This document shows, one piece after another, positions 16,400-25,705 of a DNA stretch of 64,000 nt; position 1 is the stretch's first letter, and each line of letters starts with the position of its first letter. Made by a program: the position numbers and the translations under genes. Source of the stretch: a virus; the IMG/VR virus record IMGVR_UViG_3300042868_011386, positions 1 through 64,000 of that record; one strand, written 5' to 3'. The notes beneath the pieces were generated by a model that saw nothing but the letters and a program-made list of their open reading frames with translations, had not been told where the DNA came from and did no database searches.

Positions 16400-16588
16400 A
16401 TGGAACTACTCATAAACTTCGTACAGACACAAAGCTGGTTTGGAATCGCAACCGCAGTTATTGCTCTTGCTAGTGCAATTGCTGCAGCAACTCCAACACC
16501 TGCTCCTGGAACAACACTCGCAAAGTTTTATGCGATCATCGACTTTCTTGCCTTAAACTTCGGCAAGGCTAAAGATAAAGGTGAATAA
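16400..16588 (+). CDS. Putative holin
   Basis: Small hydrophobic protein (ASAIAAATPTP...FLALNFGKAK) upstream of the endolysin. Confidence 0.55.
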   Translation: MELLINFVQTQSWFGIATAVIALASAIAAATPTPAPGTTLAKFYAIIDFLALNFGKAKDKGE

Positions 16589-16789
16589 ATGAACACACTT
16601 CTCATTGCCATAGCCGCTGCATGCAATGCCTATGCATCATGGGTGGCATGGCAACGAGAGTCTGAAATAGATCGAATCGAAGATGAAATTGATAAGCTTG
16701 CTGCCACTGGTGATCCTGCTGCAAAGTTGCGGATTGAGCGACTCGCAACGAGAAAAAAACGAAAGCTTGAACGCCTCGGCGCTCTATGA
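16589..16789 (+). CDS. Putative i-spanin
   Basis: N-terminal hydrophobic anchor plus coiled coil; overlaps the lipoprotein gene. Confidence 0.5.
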   Translation: MNTLLIAIAAACNAYASWVAWQRESEIDRIEDEIDKLAATGDPAAKLRIERLATRKKRKLERLGAL

Positions 16790-16922
16790 TCCGGTGACAG
16801 TTACCCTCATTGAAGGAAAACAATACACCTTTGCTGAAGGAACACTCATTGGGCGTGGTCAAAAATTTCATAGCGACTATAGCTATCGCAGAGCAATAAT
16901 TATAGGAAATTCTAATAAATAA
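16683..16922 (+). CDS. Putative o-spanin lipoprotein
   Basis: Signal MKLISLLPLVIL with lipobox LQSC, in the +1 frame starting inside the previous gene. Confidence 0.55.
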   Translation: MKLISLLPLVILLQSCGLSDSQREKNESLNASALYDPVTVTLIEGKQYTFAEGTLIGRGQKFHSDYSYRRAIIIGNSNK

Positions 16923-16927
16923 AAGTT

Positions 16928-17692
16928 ATGTCATACGCAAACGTTGGTAAAGTTTGGACAGTAGAGTCATTTAAAGAATATCTAAGCACGCTTAAAAAGC
17001 CTGCATATGTAAAGAGCGTCACTATACACCACACAGGTGCACCTTCATTGGCGCAGCGCAAGAGTGGGTTGCTCGCTCAACATATCTTAAACATAAAGGC
17101 ATATTACCAATCACTCGGTTGGAATCGTGGACCACATCTTTTTGTTGACGAGGATCAGATCTTTGGCATGACTCCGCTGAATGTTCCTGGCATACATGCA
17201 GTTTCATTTAATCGTAACTCTATAGGCATCGAAATACTTGGAGACTATGACAGTGAAGATCCACTAACTGGTCGTGGATTAGCATGCATGAAAAATACGG
17301 CTGCAATTACAAAGGCGCTCTTCAATTGGCTAGACATGCCAGTTAATGAAAACACATTAAAGTTTCATCGCGATGACCCAAAGACAAGTAAAACCTGTCC
17401 TGGCAAAAAGGTTAAAAAGGATTGGTTCATCTCACTTGTACAAGGCAGTGAAGTTAAAACCGTTGCTCCTGCTCCAATATTTGCTATAGCTGGAACAGAA
17501 GTGCCACTCATTGACTATGTGGTGCAGCACAAAGGCTATGATGCTAAAACAGCAACAAAGTTATTAAAGGTTAAAAATGGAATGACAACCTTTAATGGAA
17601 CATGGATCGAAAGCGCACGTTATGACTCACAACGCGCAACCACACTTGCACTCAGCAGCGAATTAGACACAGACGTACCTAAAAAATCTTAA
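16928..17692 (+). CDS. N-acetylmuramoyl-L-alanine amidase (Amidase_2) endolysin
   Basis: IHHT, HA.SFN..SIGIE and FHRD....KTCPG motifs. Confidence 0.88.
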   Translation: MSYANVGKVWTVESFKEYLSTLKKPAYVKSVTIHHTGAPSLAQRKSGLLAQHILNIKAYYQSLGWNRGPHLFVDEDQIFGMTPLNVPGIHAVSFNRNSIGIEILGDYDSEDPLTGRGLACMKNTAAITKALFNWLDMPVNENTLKFHRDDPKTSKTCPGKKVKKDWFISLVQGSEVKTVAPAPIFAIAGTEVPLIDYVVQHKGYDAKTATKLLKVKNGMTTFNGTWIESARYDSQRATTLALSSELDTDVPKKS

Positions 17693-17754
17693 TTTTAATG
17701 GAGTGATGTATTATATTATGGTAACACCAACAATAACAACACACAAATAAAATT

Positions 17755-18516
17755 ATGGCCACTGCCAAACGAGAAAAAAAGAAAAAAGCTACTGCTTCAA
17801 AACCTGATCTTTTCGCCGAGGACTCAACTAACATTGAGTCCTCGATTGCTTTAAATTTCTGCTTTAATTTTAAAGTCAAAAAGCCGTTTCACTTTAATGA
17901 GGCGCACAAGGCATTTTATGACTGTATAAAGGCAGACGATACAAATATGGCATTTGTTGACGGTCCTGCAGGAAGCGCTAAAAGTTATATTGCTGTACTT
18001 GCCGCCTTGGAACTCTTTAAGGACAAAAAGATTAAGCATATAAACTATATACGCAGCGTAATTGAAAGCGCGTCTCGTAGCATTGGTGCATTGCCTGGTG
18101 AGGTTGACGATAAGTTTTTACCATATGCAATGCCATGTCTAGAAAAAATACGCGAGATTACAGACGAGAGTACTTGTCTGCAACTTCGCAACGCAAATGT
18201 GGTGAGTGCCACTCCAGTAAATTTTGTACGCGGCCTTACATTCAATGATAGTGTTGTGATTGTCGACGAGGCACAAAACCTAACACGTTCAGAACTTGTA
18301 ACGATACTTACTCGTTTTGGTAAAAATACAAAATATGTAATCTGCGGAGATCTTAAGCAGTCAGATATTGGAAAACTTTCGGGCTATCCAGATGTCTATT
18401 CTCGATTTAACAATACATCTGCTGTAGAAAATAACATACACACCTTTAAGTTTGGAGAAAGCGAGATTGTACGCAGCAAGATATTACGATATATTGTACA
18501 GGTGCTTGAAGCATAA
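17755..18516 (+). CDS. phoH: PhoH-family ATPase
   Basis: GPAGSAKS, GALPG, RGLTF, VDEAQN, TRFG, GD..QSD and IVRS motifs. Confidence 0.92.
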   Translation: MATAKREKKKKATASKPDLFAEDSTNIESSIALNFCFNFKVKKPFHFNEAHKAFYDCIKADDTNMAFVDGPAGSAKSYIAVLAALELFKDKKIKHINYIRSVIESASRSIGALPGEVDDKFLPYAMPCLEKIREITDESTCLQLRNANVVSATPVNFVRGLTFNDSVVIVDEAQNLTRSELVTILTRFGKNTKYVICGDLKQSDIGKLSGYPDVYSRFNNTSAVENNIHTFKFGESEIVRSKILRYIVQVLEA

Positions 18517-18536
18517 AAAAATAAACTTTTTTCACT

Positions 18537-18601
18537 TTTTTTGGGGTTTTCTATGGTTTTCTATATAGATAAATCTATGGTACATAGAAAACCCCAAAAA
18601 A
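18537..18601. repeat. 19-bp perfect inverted repeat (long hairpin)
   Basis: TTTTTTGGGGTTTTCTATG ... CATAGAAAACCCCAAAAAA. Confidence 0.8.
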
Positions 18602-18712
18602 GACAAGCATAAATAAGGACCTATCCAAACTATGCCCGAAGGTTCCGGAACGGATAAATAGTGTTGAGTTAATGCCAGATTAGACATTTTTCTTATTTTG
18701 TCGAGAATTTTA

Positions 18713-18781
18713 TGCACTTTTGTGAAAAAGGTTGTGTACAAATCGTGAGTTTTGTGGTATAATAGTCATGTAAGCAACAAT
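18713..18781 (+). repeat. Early-promoter cassette, copy 3 (diverged, core only)
   Basis: CACTTTTGTGAAAAAGGTTGTGTAC..TGGTATAAT..ATGTAAGCAACAAT. Confidence 0.8.
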
Positions 18782-18991
18782 ATGACACACCTCGAAACAC
18801 TAAAGACTGACCTTGAAATTCACCTCAAAAGTCGTGAAGCCCTGGTAGACGGTTCTGGCGGGTTTTTTATCAAACGAGCCGGTTATAATGTCGGTGCCGT
18901 TATTCATAGCTATGATGGCATCATACGGTCCTTGGAGGAAGAGATTGCCAGCATTGAGGCTAAAAAACGTAATAAGAAAACACCTGCATGA
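18782..18991 (+). CDS. Small early protein
   Basis: ATG after the cassette. Confidence 0.6.
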   Translation: MTHLETLKTDLEIHLKSREALVDGSGGFFIKRAGYNVGAVIHSYDGIIRSLEEEIASIEAKKRNKKTPA

Positions 18992-19137
18992 AAACACTAC
19001 TAGAACGTATAGAAAATATGTCAAACAGCAATCATCGTAAATTGCTCTATATTGGTGCAGCATTTGCACTCATTGGGGGCTCCCCTATTTTTGCCGCAAT
19101 GCTGTGCTTGGTTGCATTTACACTTGAAGACTAATCT

Positions 19138-19332
19138 ATGAAAAATACACTACAGAAACTAATCGCTCAGTTTAACGCTGATATTGCCTCTAATCTACAG
19201 GATATTGCTGAGATTTTGCCCGATGGCCGCTATGCTGAAGCACTTGACCTTCAAACTGAAAACCTCACGCTCGAGAGAGTAGTTGATGTTTTAGAAAATG
19301 AGTTGAAGGAATTGGCTAGTGCTCAGTCTTAA
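19138..19332 (+). CDS. Hypothetical protein
   Basis: ORF in operon orientation. Confidence 0.5.
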   Translation: MKNTLQKLIAQFNADIASNLQDIAEILPDGRYAEALDLQTENLTLERVVDVLENELKELASAQS

Positions 19333-19337
19333 GTCAT

Positions 19338-19586
19338 ATGAAAGTCACATCTAAGCCATTGGCATTTACACTTATAGGCCTGGTTTTTGCGGTTATAATT
19401 CTTGGGATATATCTGCAAGTGTTATGGGCAGATTGGGCGATTACTAAAATCTTTAATAAGGATTTTAGTAATTTTAGAATTTTTGCATGCATGTTCATAG
19501 TTGAATTATTGACGCCAAAGGCCTTACAAGGCTTGACCACAATAATTTTGATTCTTATGACTCTCTATATCTTTTTGACAGCATAA
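19338..19586 (+). CDS. Small membrane protein
   Basis: Multiple hydrophobic segments. Confidence 0.5.
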   Translation: MKVTSKPLAFTLIGLVFAVIILGIYLQVLWADWAITKIFNKDFSNFRIFACMFIVELLTPKALQGLTTIILILMTLYIFLTA

Positions 19587-19755
19587 GTCACTATGCAATC
19601 GCCAACATTTATCACACGCCTACGTGGCTATGATGTCTACTATTGTAACGGTTGTTTTACGTTAGATCCTCTTCCAGTAGATATTATTGAGTTGCAATCA
19701 ATAGTGTCTTATTTAGTGAGCGAATGGTTTGTAAATCCAGATGAATGCCTATAAT

Positions 19756-20022
19756 ATGAAAAAGTTAATTGCCAGTCTGTTGTGTATTTGTTTGACCAGT
19801 TGTGTAGTTGAATATACACCAAGCGGATATTTTGCTACTGGTGGTTATTCTAGAAGTGTCTTTTATTCTCCACCACCTGTGCGTTACTATAACCATTCTT
19901 ATAGTGCTCGTCTTGCGCCAAACATTACTCCGGTTGGCCATGGGTTTAGTTCATCTCCACAATATGTTTGCGGTCAAGTCTTTAGAGGCGGAGATGGTAT
20001 GCTATACGCAGTTGAACATTAA
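19756..20022 (+). CDS. Putative lipoprotein
   Basis: MKKLIASLLCIC signal with LTSC lipobox. Confidence 0.55.
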   Translation: MKKLIASLLCICLTSCVVEYTPSGYFATGGYSRSVFYSPPPVRYYNHSYSARLAPNITPVGHGFSSSPQYVCGQVFRGGDGMLYAVEH

Positions 20023-20038
20023 ACACATACAATAATAT

Positions 20039-20641
20039 ATGAGCACTAAATATCCTGGATACAAACACTTTTTTCTAGACGTTGAAACTACTGGGCTTGA
20101 CACACAATTGCATGATATTTTCCAAATTAGCGGGATTATAACTGATGCAAACTTAAACGTACTCGAAACGGTTGACTATCGATTTTGTCCTTTTACTCTT
20201 AACCATGCAGATCCGCAGGCGCTCATAAAGACCGGAATGACTCTTGAAAGTTTATCCAACTTGCCTCTTACTGCGCGTGAGGCTTATGCTGGATTAAATT
20301 CACTTCTTGAACGGCACTGTGACAGGTTTAACAAACTGGATAAATTTCATTTTGTTGCCTATAACGCAAAGTTTGATGCTGACTTTATTCGTGCATTTTT
20401 TACAAAGAATGGAGACGATTATTTTGGCAGTTGGTTTTGGAACCCTCCTATTTGTGTGATGCAAGCTGCCGCCTGGATGACTATGCGTGTTCGGGGTGCT
20501 CTCCCAAATTTTAAGCTAGGCACACTTTGTCAATGTGCAGAACTTGGTTGGGATGAGTCTGCAGCCCATGATGCGAGCTATGACATACACAAGACTCTTG
20601 AACTTTATCGATATTTGAGACTAGATATTCCCCAATTATAG
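20039..20641 (+). CDS. DEDDh 3'-5' exonuclease (DnaQ-like)
   Basis: DVETTG, AYNAKFD and AHDASYD motifs. Confidence 0.9.
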   Translation: MSTKYPGYKHFFLDVETTGLDTQLHDIFQISGIITDANLNVLETVDYRFCPFTLNHADPQALIKTGMTLESLSNLPLTAREAYAGLNSLLERHCDRFNKLDKFHFVAYNAKFDADFIRAFFTKNGDDYFGSWFWNPPICVMQAAAWMTMRVRGALPNFKLGTLCQCAELGWDESAAHDASYDIHKTLELYRYLRLDIPQL

Positions 20642-20669
20642 CCCCGGGAGGCTTCCAAAATGACTTTGA

Positions 20670-20780
20670 GAGGTCATTTTCTCTATACGGGGTCACCGTC
20701 CGGGGCCTTTTTTCACTTTTATGAAAAAAGTTGTGTACTTTTGTCGCGGTTTATGCTATAATGACCATGTAAGCAACAAT
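20670..20780 (+). repeat. Early-promoter cassette, copy 4
   Basis: Near-identical to copies 1 and 2. Confidence 0.85.
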
Positions 20781-21272
20781 ATGACCACCACCTACTACGC
20801 CTCAGAAGTCAGTCCTGAAGAATACTCTGCAACCCTAGAAGAAGCAGCCAACCTTGCCCTCGCCGATTATGAATCTCATATCTCTGAGCAAGACGTTCGC
20901 ATTGGAGACATCATCAAAGACAACAACATTGCAGATGACATCACACTCTATCGTGTCACTGATATAATTCAAGAGCAATGGTACGAACCACTCATTGTGC
21001 TTGAAGTTCTCAAACATTCTGGCTGGTCCCCCACTTCGGTTCGCTTTCATCACCTCTTCAAACCAACCAAGGCGACGCCACGAAAGTTACGTTGGTTTTT
21101 GAGCGCGATTCCAGTTGGTGGACTATTCAAAAGTTCTAACTATGAAGGCGCTCTACTTATGCAGCGAGTCCAAGACACCGATGCTGGCACACTACGAGCC
21201 CGTTATCTAGAAGGTCAATTTACAGGCGAGGTCATCTGCAAGAGCAAACACAGCCGAGTCTATGCTCTCTAA
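20781..21272 (+). CDS. Early hypothetical protein (start corrected)
   Basis: ATG after the cassette. Confidence 0.6.
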   Translation: MTTTYYASEVSPEEYSATLEEAANLALADYESHISEQDVRIGDIIKDNNIADDITLYRVTDIIQEQWYEPLIVLEVLKHSGWSPTSVRFHHLFKPTKATPRKLRWFLSAIPVGGLFKSSNYEGALLMQRVQDTDAGTLRARYLEGQFTGEVICKSKHSRVYAL

Positions 21273-21291
21273 TCTCTCAACACACAAAAAT

Positions 21292-21528
21292 ATGGACAAA
21301 GAATACATTGTAAAGACGAAAACTGGTGGAGAAGCAACAGTACTTGCTCGCACCCCAGCCGAAGCCCTTGGTATCTATACAAAACGAGGACGATTTGGTA
21401 TTGGAGCAGCATGGACGTTTACTCGTCAACCAGACGGTTGGATTGTATGTACCCATACTGGAATGAAGACTCTTGAACGCACCTATCACAAACTTCGTGA
21501 AAAGGACTATGTTCGTGGCATGCGCTAA
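21292..21528 (+). CDS. Hypothetical protein
   Basis: ORF MDKEY... with an AC-rich leader. Confidence 0.5.
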   Translation: MDKEYIVKTKTGGEATVLARTPAEALGIYTKRGRFGIGAAWTFTRQPDGWIVCTHTGMKTLERTYHKLREKDYVRGMR

Positions 21529-21546
21529 ACTTCAACTTTATATCGT

Positions 21547-22659
21547 ATGAAATTACCTACACTATACAGTCGTACATCGACTGGGAGCATTCAAGAATGG
21601 ACGATTGAAATCGAAGATGGACGGTGTCGTACCCATCATGGCAAGGTCGGAGGCAAGATTGTGACCACGCTGTGGACCACATGTGAAGCCACAAATGTCG
21701 GTCGAGCAAATGAGCGCGACATTTCAGCTCAAGCACTTTTCGAGGCACAAGCACTCTGGAAAAAGAAAAAGGAAAGTGGTTGTTTTGAGTCAATTGCTGA
21801 CATTGATCGCAGTCTCTATATTGAGCCAATGCTTGCTAAAAAATGGGAAGATCGCAAAAGTCGTGTCGTCTATCCAGTCTATAGTCAACCAAAGCTTGAT
21901 GGCTTACGAGCAGTCATCACAGCAAAGGGGGCAACAACACGAAATGGCAAGGCCTGGGTCACAATTCCTCATATTTTGCAGGAGTTGGCTCCTCTTTTTA
22001 AGGCACATCCAGATCTTGTGCTTGATGGCGAGCTCTATACTCACAAATATAAGGATGACTTTAATAGTATTTGTAGTCTTGTGAAAAAAACCAAACCATC
22101 CGCTGCAGACCTACAGGAGTGTGCCAATAAGATCCAATTTTGGTGGTATGATACTGTTGACCCAAGTAAAAAGTTTTCGGCACGTTCCTCTCAGGCTACT
22201 TACTATGCAAACGCATTCAAGTTAAATCCAAACATTATTGTGGATGTACCTACCACTATGGTGTGTGACGAGATTTCCCTTGATGCGACATATGAAAATT
22301 ATTTGCAAGATGGCTATGAAGGTCAGATGGTACGAGTTGACGCGCCATACGAGTGTAAGCGCAGTGACTCGCTGCTCAAGCGCAAAGAGTTTCAGGATGG
22401 CGAATATCTCATTGTTGAAATTTGCGAAGGCAATGGCAACAAGAGCGGCATGGCTGGTTATGCGGTCTTGCAAAGACCAGATGGAAAAACCTTTCGAAGC
22501 AACATTAAAGGCACACACTCATTTTTGAAAGAGCTCTTAAAGGATGCTGAGTCTCTTCGTGGAACATATGCTACATGCACCTATTTCAATCTTACCCCAG
22601 ACGGCATTCCACGCTTTCCATACGTCACCAGACTGAGACCGGGGCCTGGAATTGACTGA
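21547..22659 (+). CDS. ATP-dependent DNA ligase
   Basis: PMLA, KLDGLR, LDGELY, YEG.MVR, LLKRK and PRFP motifs. Confidence 0.93.
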   Translation: MKLPTLYSRTSTGSIQEWTIEIEDGRCRTHHGKVGGKIVTTLWTTCEATNVGRANERDISAQALFEAQALWKKKKESGCFESIADIDRSLYIEPMLAKKWEDRKSRVVYPVYSQPKLDGLRAVITAKGATTRNGKAWVTIPHILQELAPLFKAHPDLVLDGELYTHKYKDDFNSICSLVKKTKPSAADLQECANKIQFWWYDTVDPSKKFSARSSQATYYANAFKLNPNIIVDVPTTMVCDEISLDATYENYLQDGYEGQMVRVDAPYECKRSDSLLKRKEFQDGEYLIVEICEGNGNKSGMAGYAVLQRPDGKTFRSNIKGTHSFLKELLKDAESLRGTYATCTYFNLTPDGIPRFPYVTRLRPGPGID

Positions 22660-22691
22660 AATTTGACCCTGGAGGTTGAAAAAAAGTGAAG

Positions 22692-22764
22692 TTTTTTCAC
22701 TTTTATGAAAAAAGTTGTGTACTTTTTGCGGGTTTTAGTGTATAATAATCCTGTAAGCAACAAT
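22692..22764 (+). repeat. Early-promoter cassette, copy 5 (core only)
   Basis: TTTTTTCACTTTTATGAAAAAAGTTGTGTACTTTT..TATAAT..GTAAGCAACAAT. Confidence 0.85.
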
Positions 22765-23094
22765 ATGACCACCACTGATATTACCTCTGCCGTAGCCACA
22801 GTTTCACTCTATCGTAGCCTCAATAACCGATTTGTCGATGATGCTGACGATCGCCAACGACACATCACATTTCGCTGCATGCGAGCCGATGACATGCTGG
22901 AATGGCTGTTCGAAGCGACCAATGCCCCAGAAAGTTTTCTTGACGCTGAGCAGATGTTTGTGCGTCAGACATTTGCTGATGCAAAACTGTATGCGCTCTC
23001 TCGCGGAGACGTAGTTGGCATCAATGGCACCCTCTATAAGTGCAAGATGGTTGGATGGGAAAAGGTTGAAACTGTAAATGATGTCATCGAATAA
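22765..23094 (+). CDS. YodL-like domain protein (start corrected)
   Basis: LE.LF..TN...ALS.GDVV.....Y.C..VGW. Confidence 0.55.
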   Translation: MTTTDITSAVATVSLYRSLNNRFVDDADDRQRHITFRCMRADDMLEWLFEATNAPESFLDAEQMFVRQTFADAKLYALSRGDVVGINGTLYKCKMVGWEKVETVNDVIE

Positions 23095-23268
23095 ATGAAT
23101 ATGAAACAAAAAACTTGGGTTTGTGCTGGGCAATGGGGTTGGATTTCAACCGACGAGGTGGAATTTTCTGACATCGAAGAAGGACCATTCGGAGATATAA
23201 TGAGTTTTGAATTTTGTGGAGAATCTTTCAAATCTCAGATCGCAGTTGGATCAAAACCGGGAGCATAA
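23095..23268 (+). CDS. Small hypothetical protein
   Basis: ORF MNMKQKTWVC...GSKPGA, below the track cutoff. Confidence 0.5.
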   Translation: MNMKQKTWVCAGQWGWISTDEVEFSDIEEGPFGDIMSFEFCGESFKSQIAVGSKPGA

Positions 23269-23269
23269 C

Positions 23270-23587
23270 ATGAATAGACTAGATTCCATACGTGAAGTAC
23301 TTGACATCAGATTTGCTGATTTACAACAAGAGATTGACTCTCTCAAAGAAGAAAACTATAGGCTACACAATGGCTTTCAAGGAGCATGCTATGCCTGCGA
23401 GCCAGTAGGAGAACTCAATCAAAAGCTCGTTGAAAGAGGACATGCACTCTATCGAGCACTTGCATACTTTACGGATAGTTTCTCTTCCTTTATGGATGAA
23501 GACGGCTTTTCACAGGAGAAGAAAGCAGTAGAAGATTGGAAGGAACTCTTTGATAATAATGTACCTGAACAGAACTATGAAGATTAG
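23270..23587 (+). CDS. Hypothetical coiled-coil protein
   Basis: ORF containing GACYACEPVGELN. Confidence 0.55.
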   Translation: MNRLDSIREVLDIRFADLQQEIDSLKEENYRLHNGFQGACYACEPVGELNQKLVERGHALYRALAYFTDSFSSFMDEDGFSQEKKAVEDWKELFDNNVPEQNYED

Positions 23588-23963
23588 AATTGACAACATT
23601 GGCGCACAGCCTCCGACTTATATTGGCAAGTCTCCAGAAGATGTAGACAAAAGAGTTGTTATTGTTAAGTTCTTTCCTAATCCTAAGTATGGTAAATTGC
23701 AGGAATATATTGATGATGGTTGGAATGATATTGGAGATCGCATCATAAAAGATATGTGTAGCATTCACAAAAACTGCTTTGAAGGCAAAGAGAATAATAT
23801 AGTGATTGCTGATCTTATCTATAGCACTAAAGAAGAAGACACATTCTTAGAGACTGTAGGTGAGCGAGTATTAGATCTATCACTAGAAGATCGTGAAACT
23901 TTCTTTGAGGTTTATGCTCTTGCTGCAAAGAAACTAGCTAAACAACATAAAACAGATGAGTGA
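23577..23963 (+). CDS. Hypothetical protein
   Basis: ORF in operon orientation. Confidence 0.55.
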   Translation: MKIRIDNIGAQPPTYIGKSPEDVDKRVVIVKFFPNPKYGKLQEYIDDGWNDIGDRIIKDMCSIHKNCFEGKENNIVIADLIYSTKEEDTFLETVGERVLDLSLEDRETFFEVYALAAKKLAKQHKTDE

Positions 23964-24079
23964 TATGTGGTTGACAATTATTATTGTAGGTTCATTAGCG
24001 ATGTTTGCTGTGTGCTACATCATTTATAAAGCTAGTGATGAAGATTTTTGGTATTAAGGAACTCTAATATAATAAACGT

Positions 24080-24559
24080 ATGGGACTTGACATGTATATA
24101 TTTAAAGTTAAGAAGACTGCTCACTCTATTAAAGAACTGAGCGATCTTGATCGCAATCCGGAACCTGGACAGCCAGAAGTTGCGGAGTTTGAACCATTGC
24201 AGCGCCCGTATGAAGATACGTGTCCTGATTATTACACAATCTTCCAAGAGGTTGCATACTGGCGTAAGTTTAATGCACTGCATCAGTGGTTTGTTACAAC
24301 TGTTCAGGCAGGTATTGATAAATGCGATCTTTATGAACTAGATAAAGATATTCTTTTTGAACTGTTAGAGATTCTTGAGGATGTTTACCATCTTAAGAAT
24401 CCTAGTAAGCTTCCTCCCACGCAAGGATTCTTTTGGGGGTCGACTGAAGTAGACGACTACTATTGGGATAAAGTAGAGAGCAGTATTCAAACAATTTCGG
24501 GTTTGATTGACTATACAGATTGGGATAACGAACGCCTCTTCTATCAATCTTCTTGGTAA
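24080..24559 (+). CDS. Conserved phage protein (MGLDMY...YWRK.N.LH.WF...GFFWGS...YQSSW family)
   Basis: Characteristic family motifs. Confidence 0.75.
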   Translation: MGLDMYIFKVKKTAHSIKELSDLDRNPEPGQPEVAEFEPLQRPYEDTCPDYYTIFQEVAYWRKFNALHQWFVTTVQAGIDKCDLYELDKDILFELLEILEDVYHLKNPSKLPPTQGFFWGSTEVDDYYWDKVESSIQTISGLIDYTDWDNERLFYQSSW

Positions 24560-24564
24560 AATTT

Positions 24565-25233
24565 ATGATAAATAAAGTAGAACTAATTGGGCATTATGGG
24601 TGTGATGAAACTATCTCTTGTAGTGCATGGACAAGCACATCACGAGAATTAACTGATGAAAAGAAATCGCGCATTCCTGGACTCATCAACATGTTGTGGT
24701 CTAATGGTCACGAAACACCGTTTGAAAAAGGCAGCGTGCATTTTCTTGTTGATACTGACATTGCCTCTCATATTCATCTGCTCAAGCATCGTATTGCTAG
24801 CATTAATGCTGAATCAGCACGATACAAAGAACTAAAGGAAGACAAGTATTATCTGCCTGAAGATTGGCGAGATATCAAAGCAAATACAACAAAGGTATTC
24901 TTTCGAAACCTTGATGAAGGTGCTGATTGGGTTAAAATCTTAGAGCAATACACAAAACTTGGTAATATACTCTATCATGATTGTCTTGCCGACCTTACAC
25001 CAGTTCTTGGTCGTAAACGAGCGAAGGAAAGTGCTCGATTCTTTAAGACATACAACAGTCAAATTCAGGCTGATGTTCAATTTAATATGCGTAGCTTTGC
25101 AAACTTTTTGAAGTTGAGAAACTCTGAGCATGCACAGCTAGAGATACGTGAGATCTCAGCAGAGATGCTCCGACTTGTATCAGAAATTGAAGGAGAGCCA
25201 TTTAAACATACATTAGCAGCATGGAATATCTAA
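24565..25233 (+). CDS. thyX: Flavin-dependent thymidylate synthase
   Basis: GHETPFE, LLKHR..S.N.ESARY, E.AR and LRNS.HAQ.EIR motifs. Confidence 0.92.
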   Translation: MINKVELIGHYGCDETISCSAWTSTSRELTDEKKSRIPGLINMLWSNGHETPFEKGSVHFLVDTDIASHIHLLKHRIASINAESARYKELKEDKYYLPEDWRDIKANTTKVFFRNLDEGADWVKILEQYTKLGNILYHDCLADLTPVLGRKRAKESARFFKTYNSQIQADVQFNMRSFANFLKLRNSEHAQLEIREISAEMLRLVSEIEGEPFKHTLAAWNI

Positions 25234-25438
25234 AATATGAACACATTGACACTACAACAGCAAACTTGCTTTGGCTTATAACTTGTCAAAGCGAATCAAA
25301 GGGTGACAGTTTGAGAGCGTCTTATGAAAGCGCTCTCTGCAAAATTTGCGAACTTAAAATGCAAGCTGATAGTTATCGCTGCAAAACTTATTAAAGTTTC
25401 TTATTTACTTTTAATCTAAAATGGTGTATAATAGTCTT

Positions 25439-25705
25439 ATGACAAACAATAAGTTTGATAAAGAAAAAATACTGGAGCAACTTCAAAATGGAGTCGTACT
25501 CGTCACTTTTACCAAAGCTGATGGCACAGTTCGTAGTATGAAGTGTACGCTTCAACCTAGTCTGCTTCCTCCGCATACAATCAAAGAAAAGACGTGTGCG
25601 AGCGGAGAAAACTGTGACTGCATCAAGGCATATGACCTTGAAGTGAATGGGTGGAGAGCCTTTAAAATTTCTAGAATAATTTCAATTTTTGACACAAATG
25701 AGTAA
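25439..25705 (+). CDS. WYL-like SH3 barrel protein (conserved T4-like)
   Basis: VTFTKADGTVR.MKCTL...YDLE..GWRAF; promoter at 25404-25432. Confidence 0.75.
   Translation: MTNNKFDKEKILEQLQNGVVLVTFTKADGTVRSMKCTLQPSLLPPHTIKEKTCASGENCDCIKAYDLEVNGWRAFKISRIISIFDTNE

Noticed and set aside
14017-22764. Apparent protein family starting MKKVVYFCRGLCYN (ORFs 14017, 20721, 22705; similar in 10962 and 18752)
   Set aside because: This is the translated promoter cassette. The true starts are the ATGs after GTAAGCAACAA.
10973-22764. Repeats read as a CRISPR array or IS ends
   Set aside because: The copies are kilobases apart, contain -35/-10 boxes, and have no cas gene or transposase nearby.
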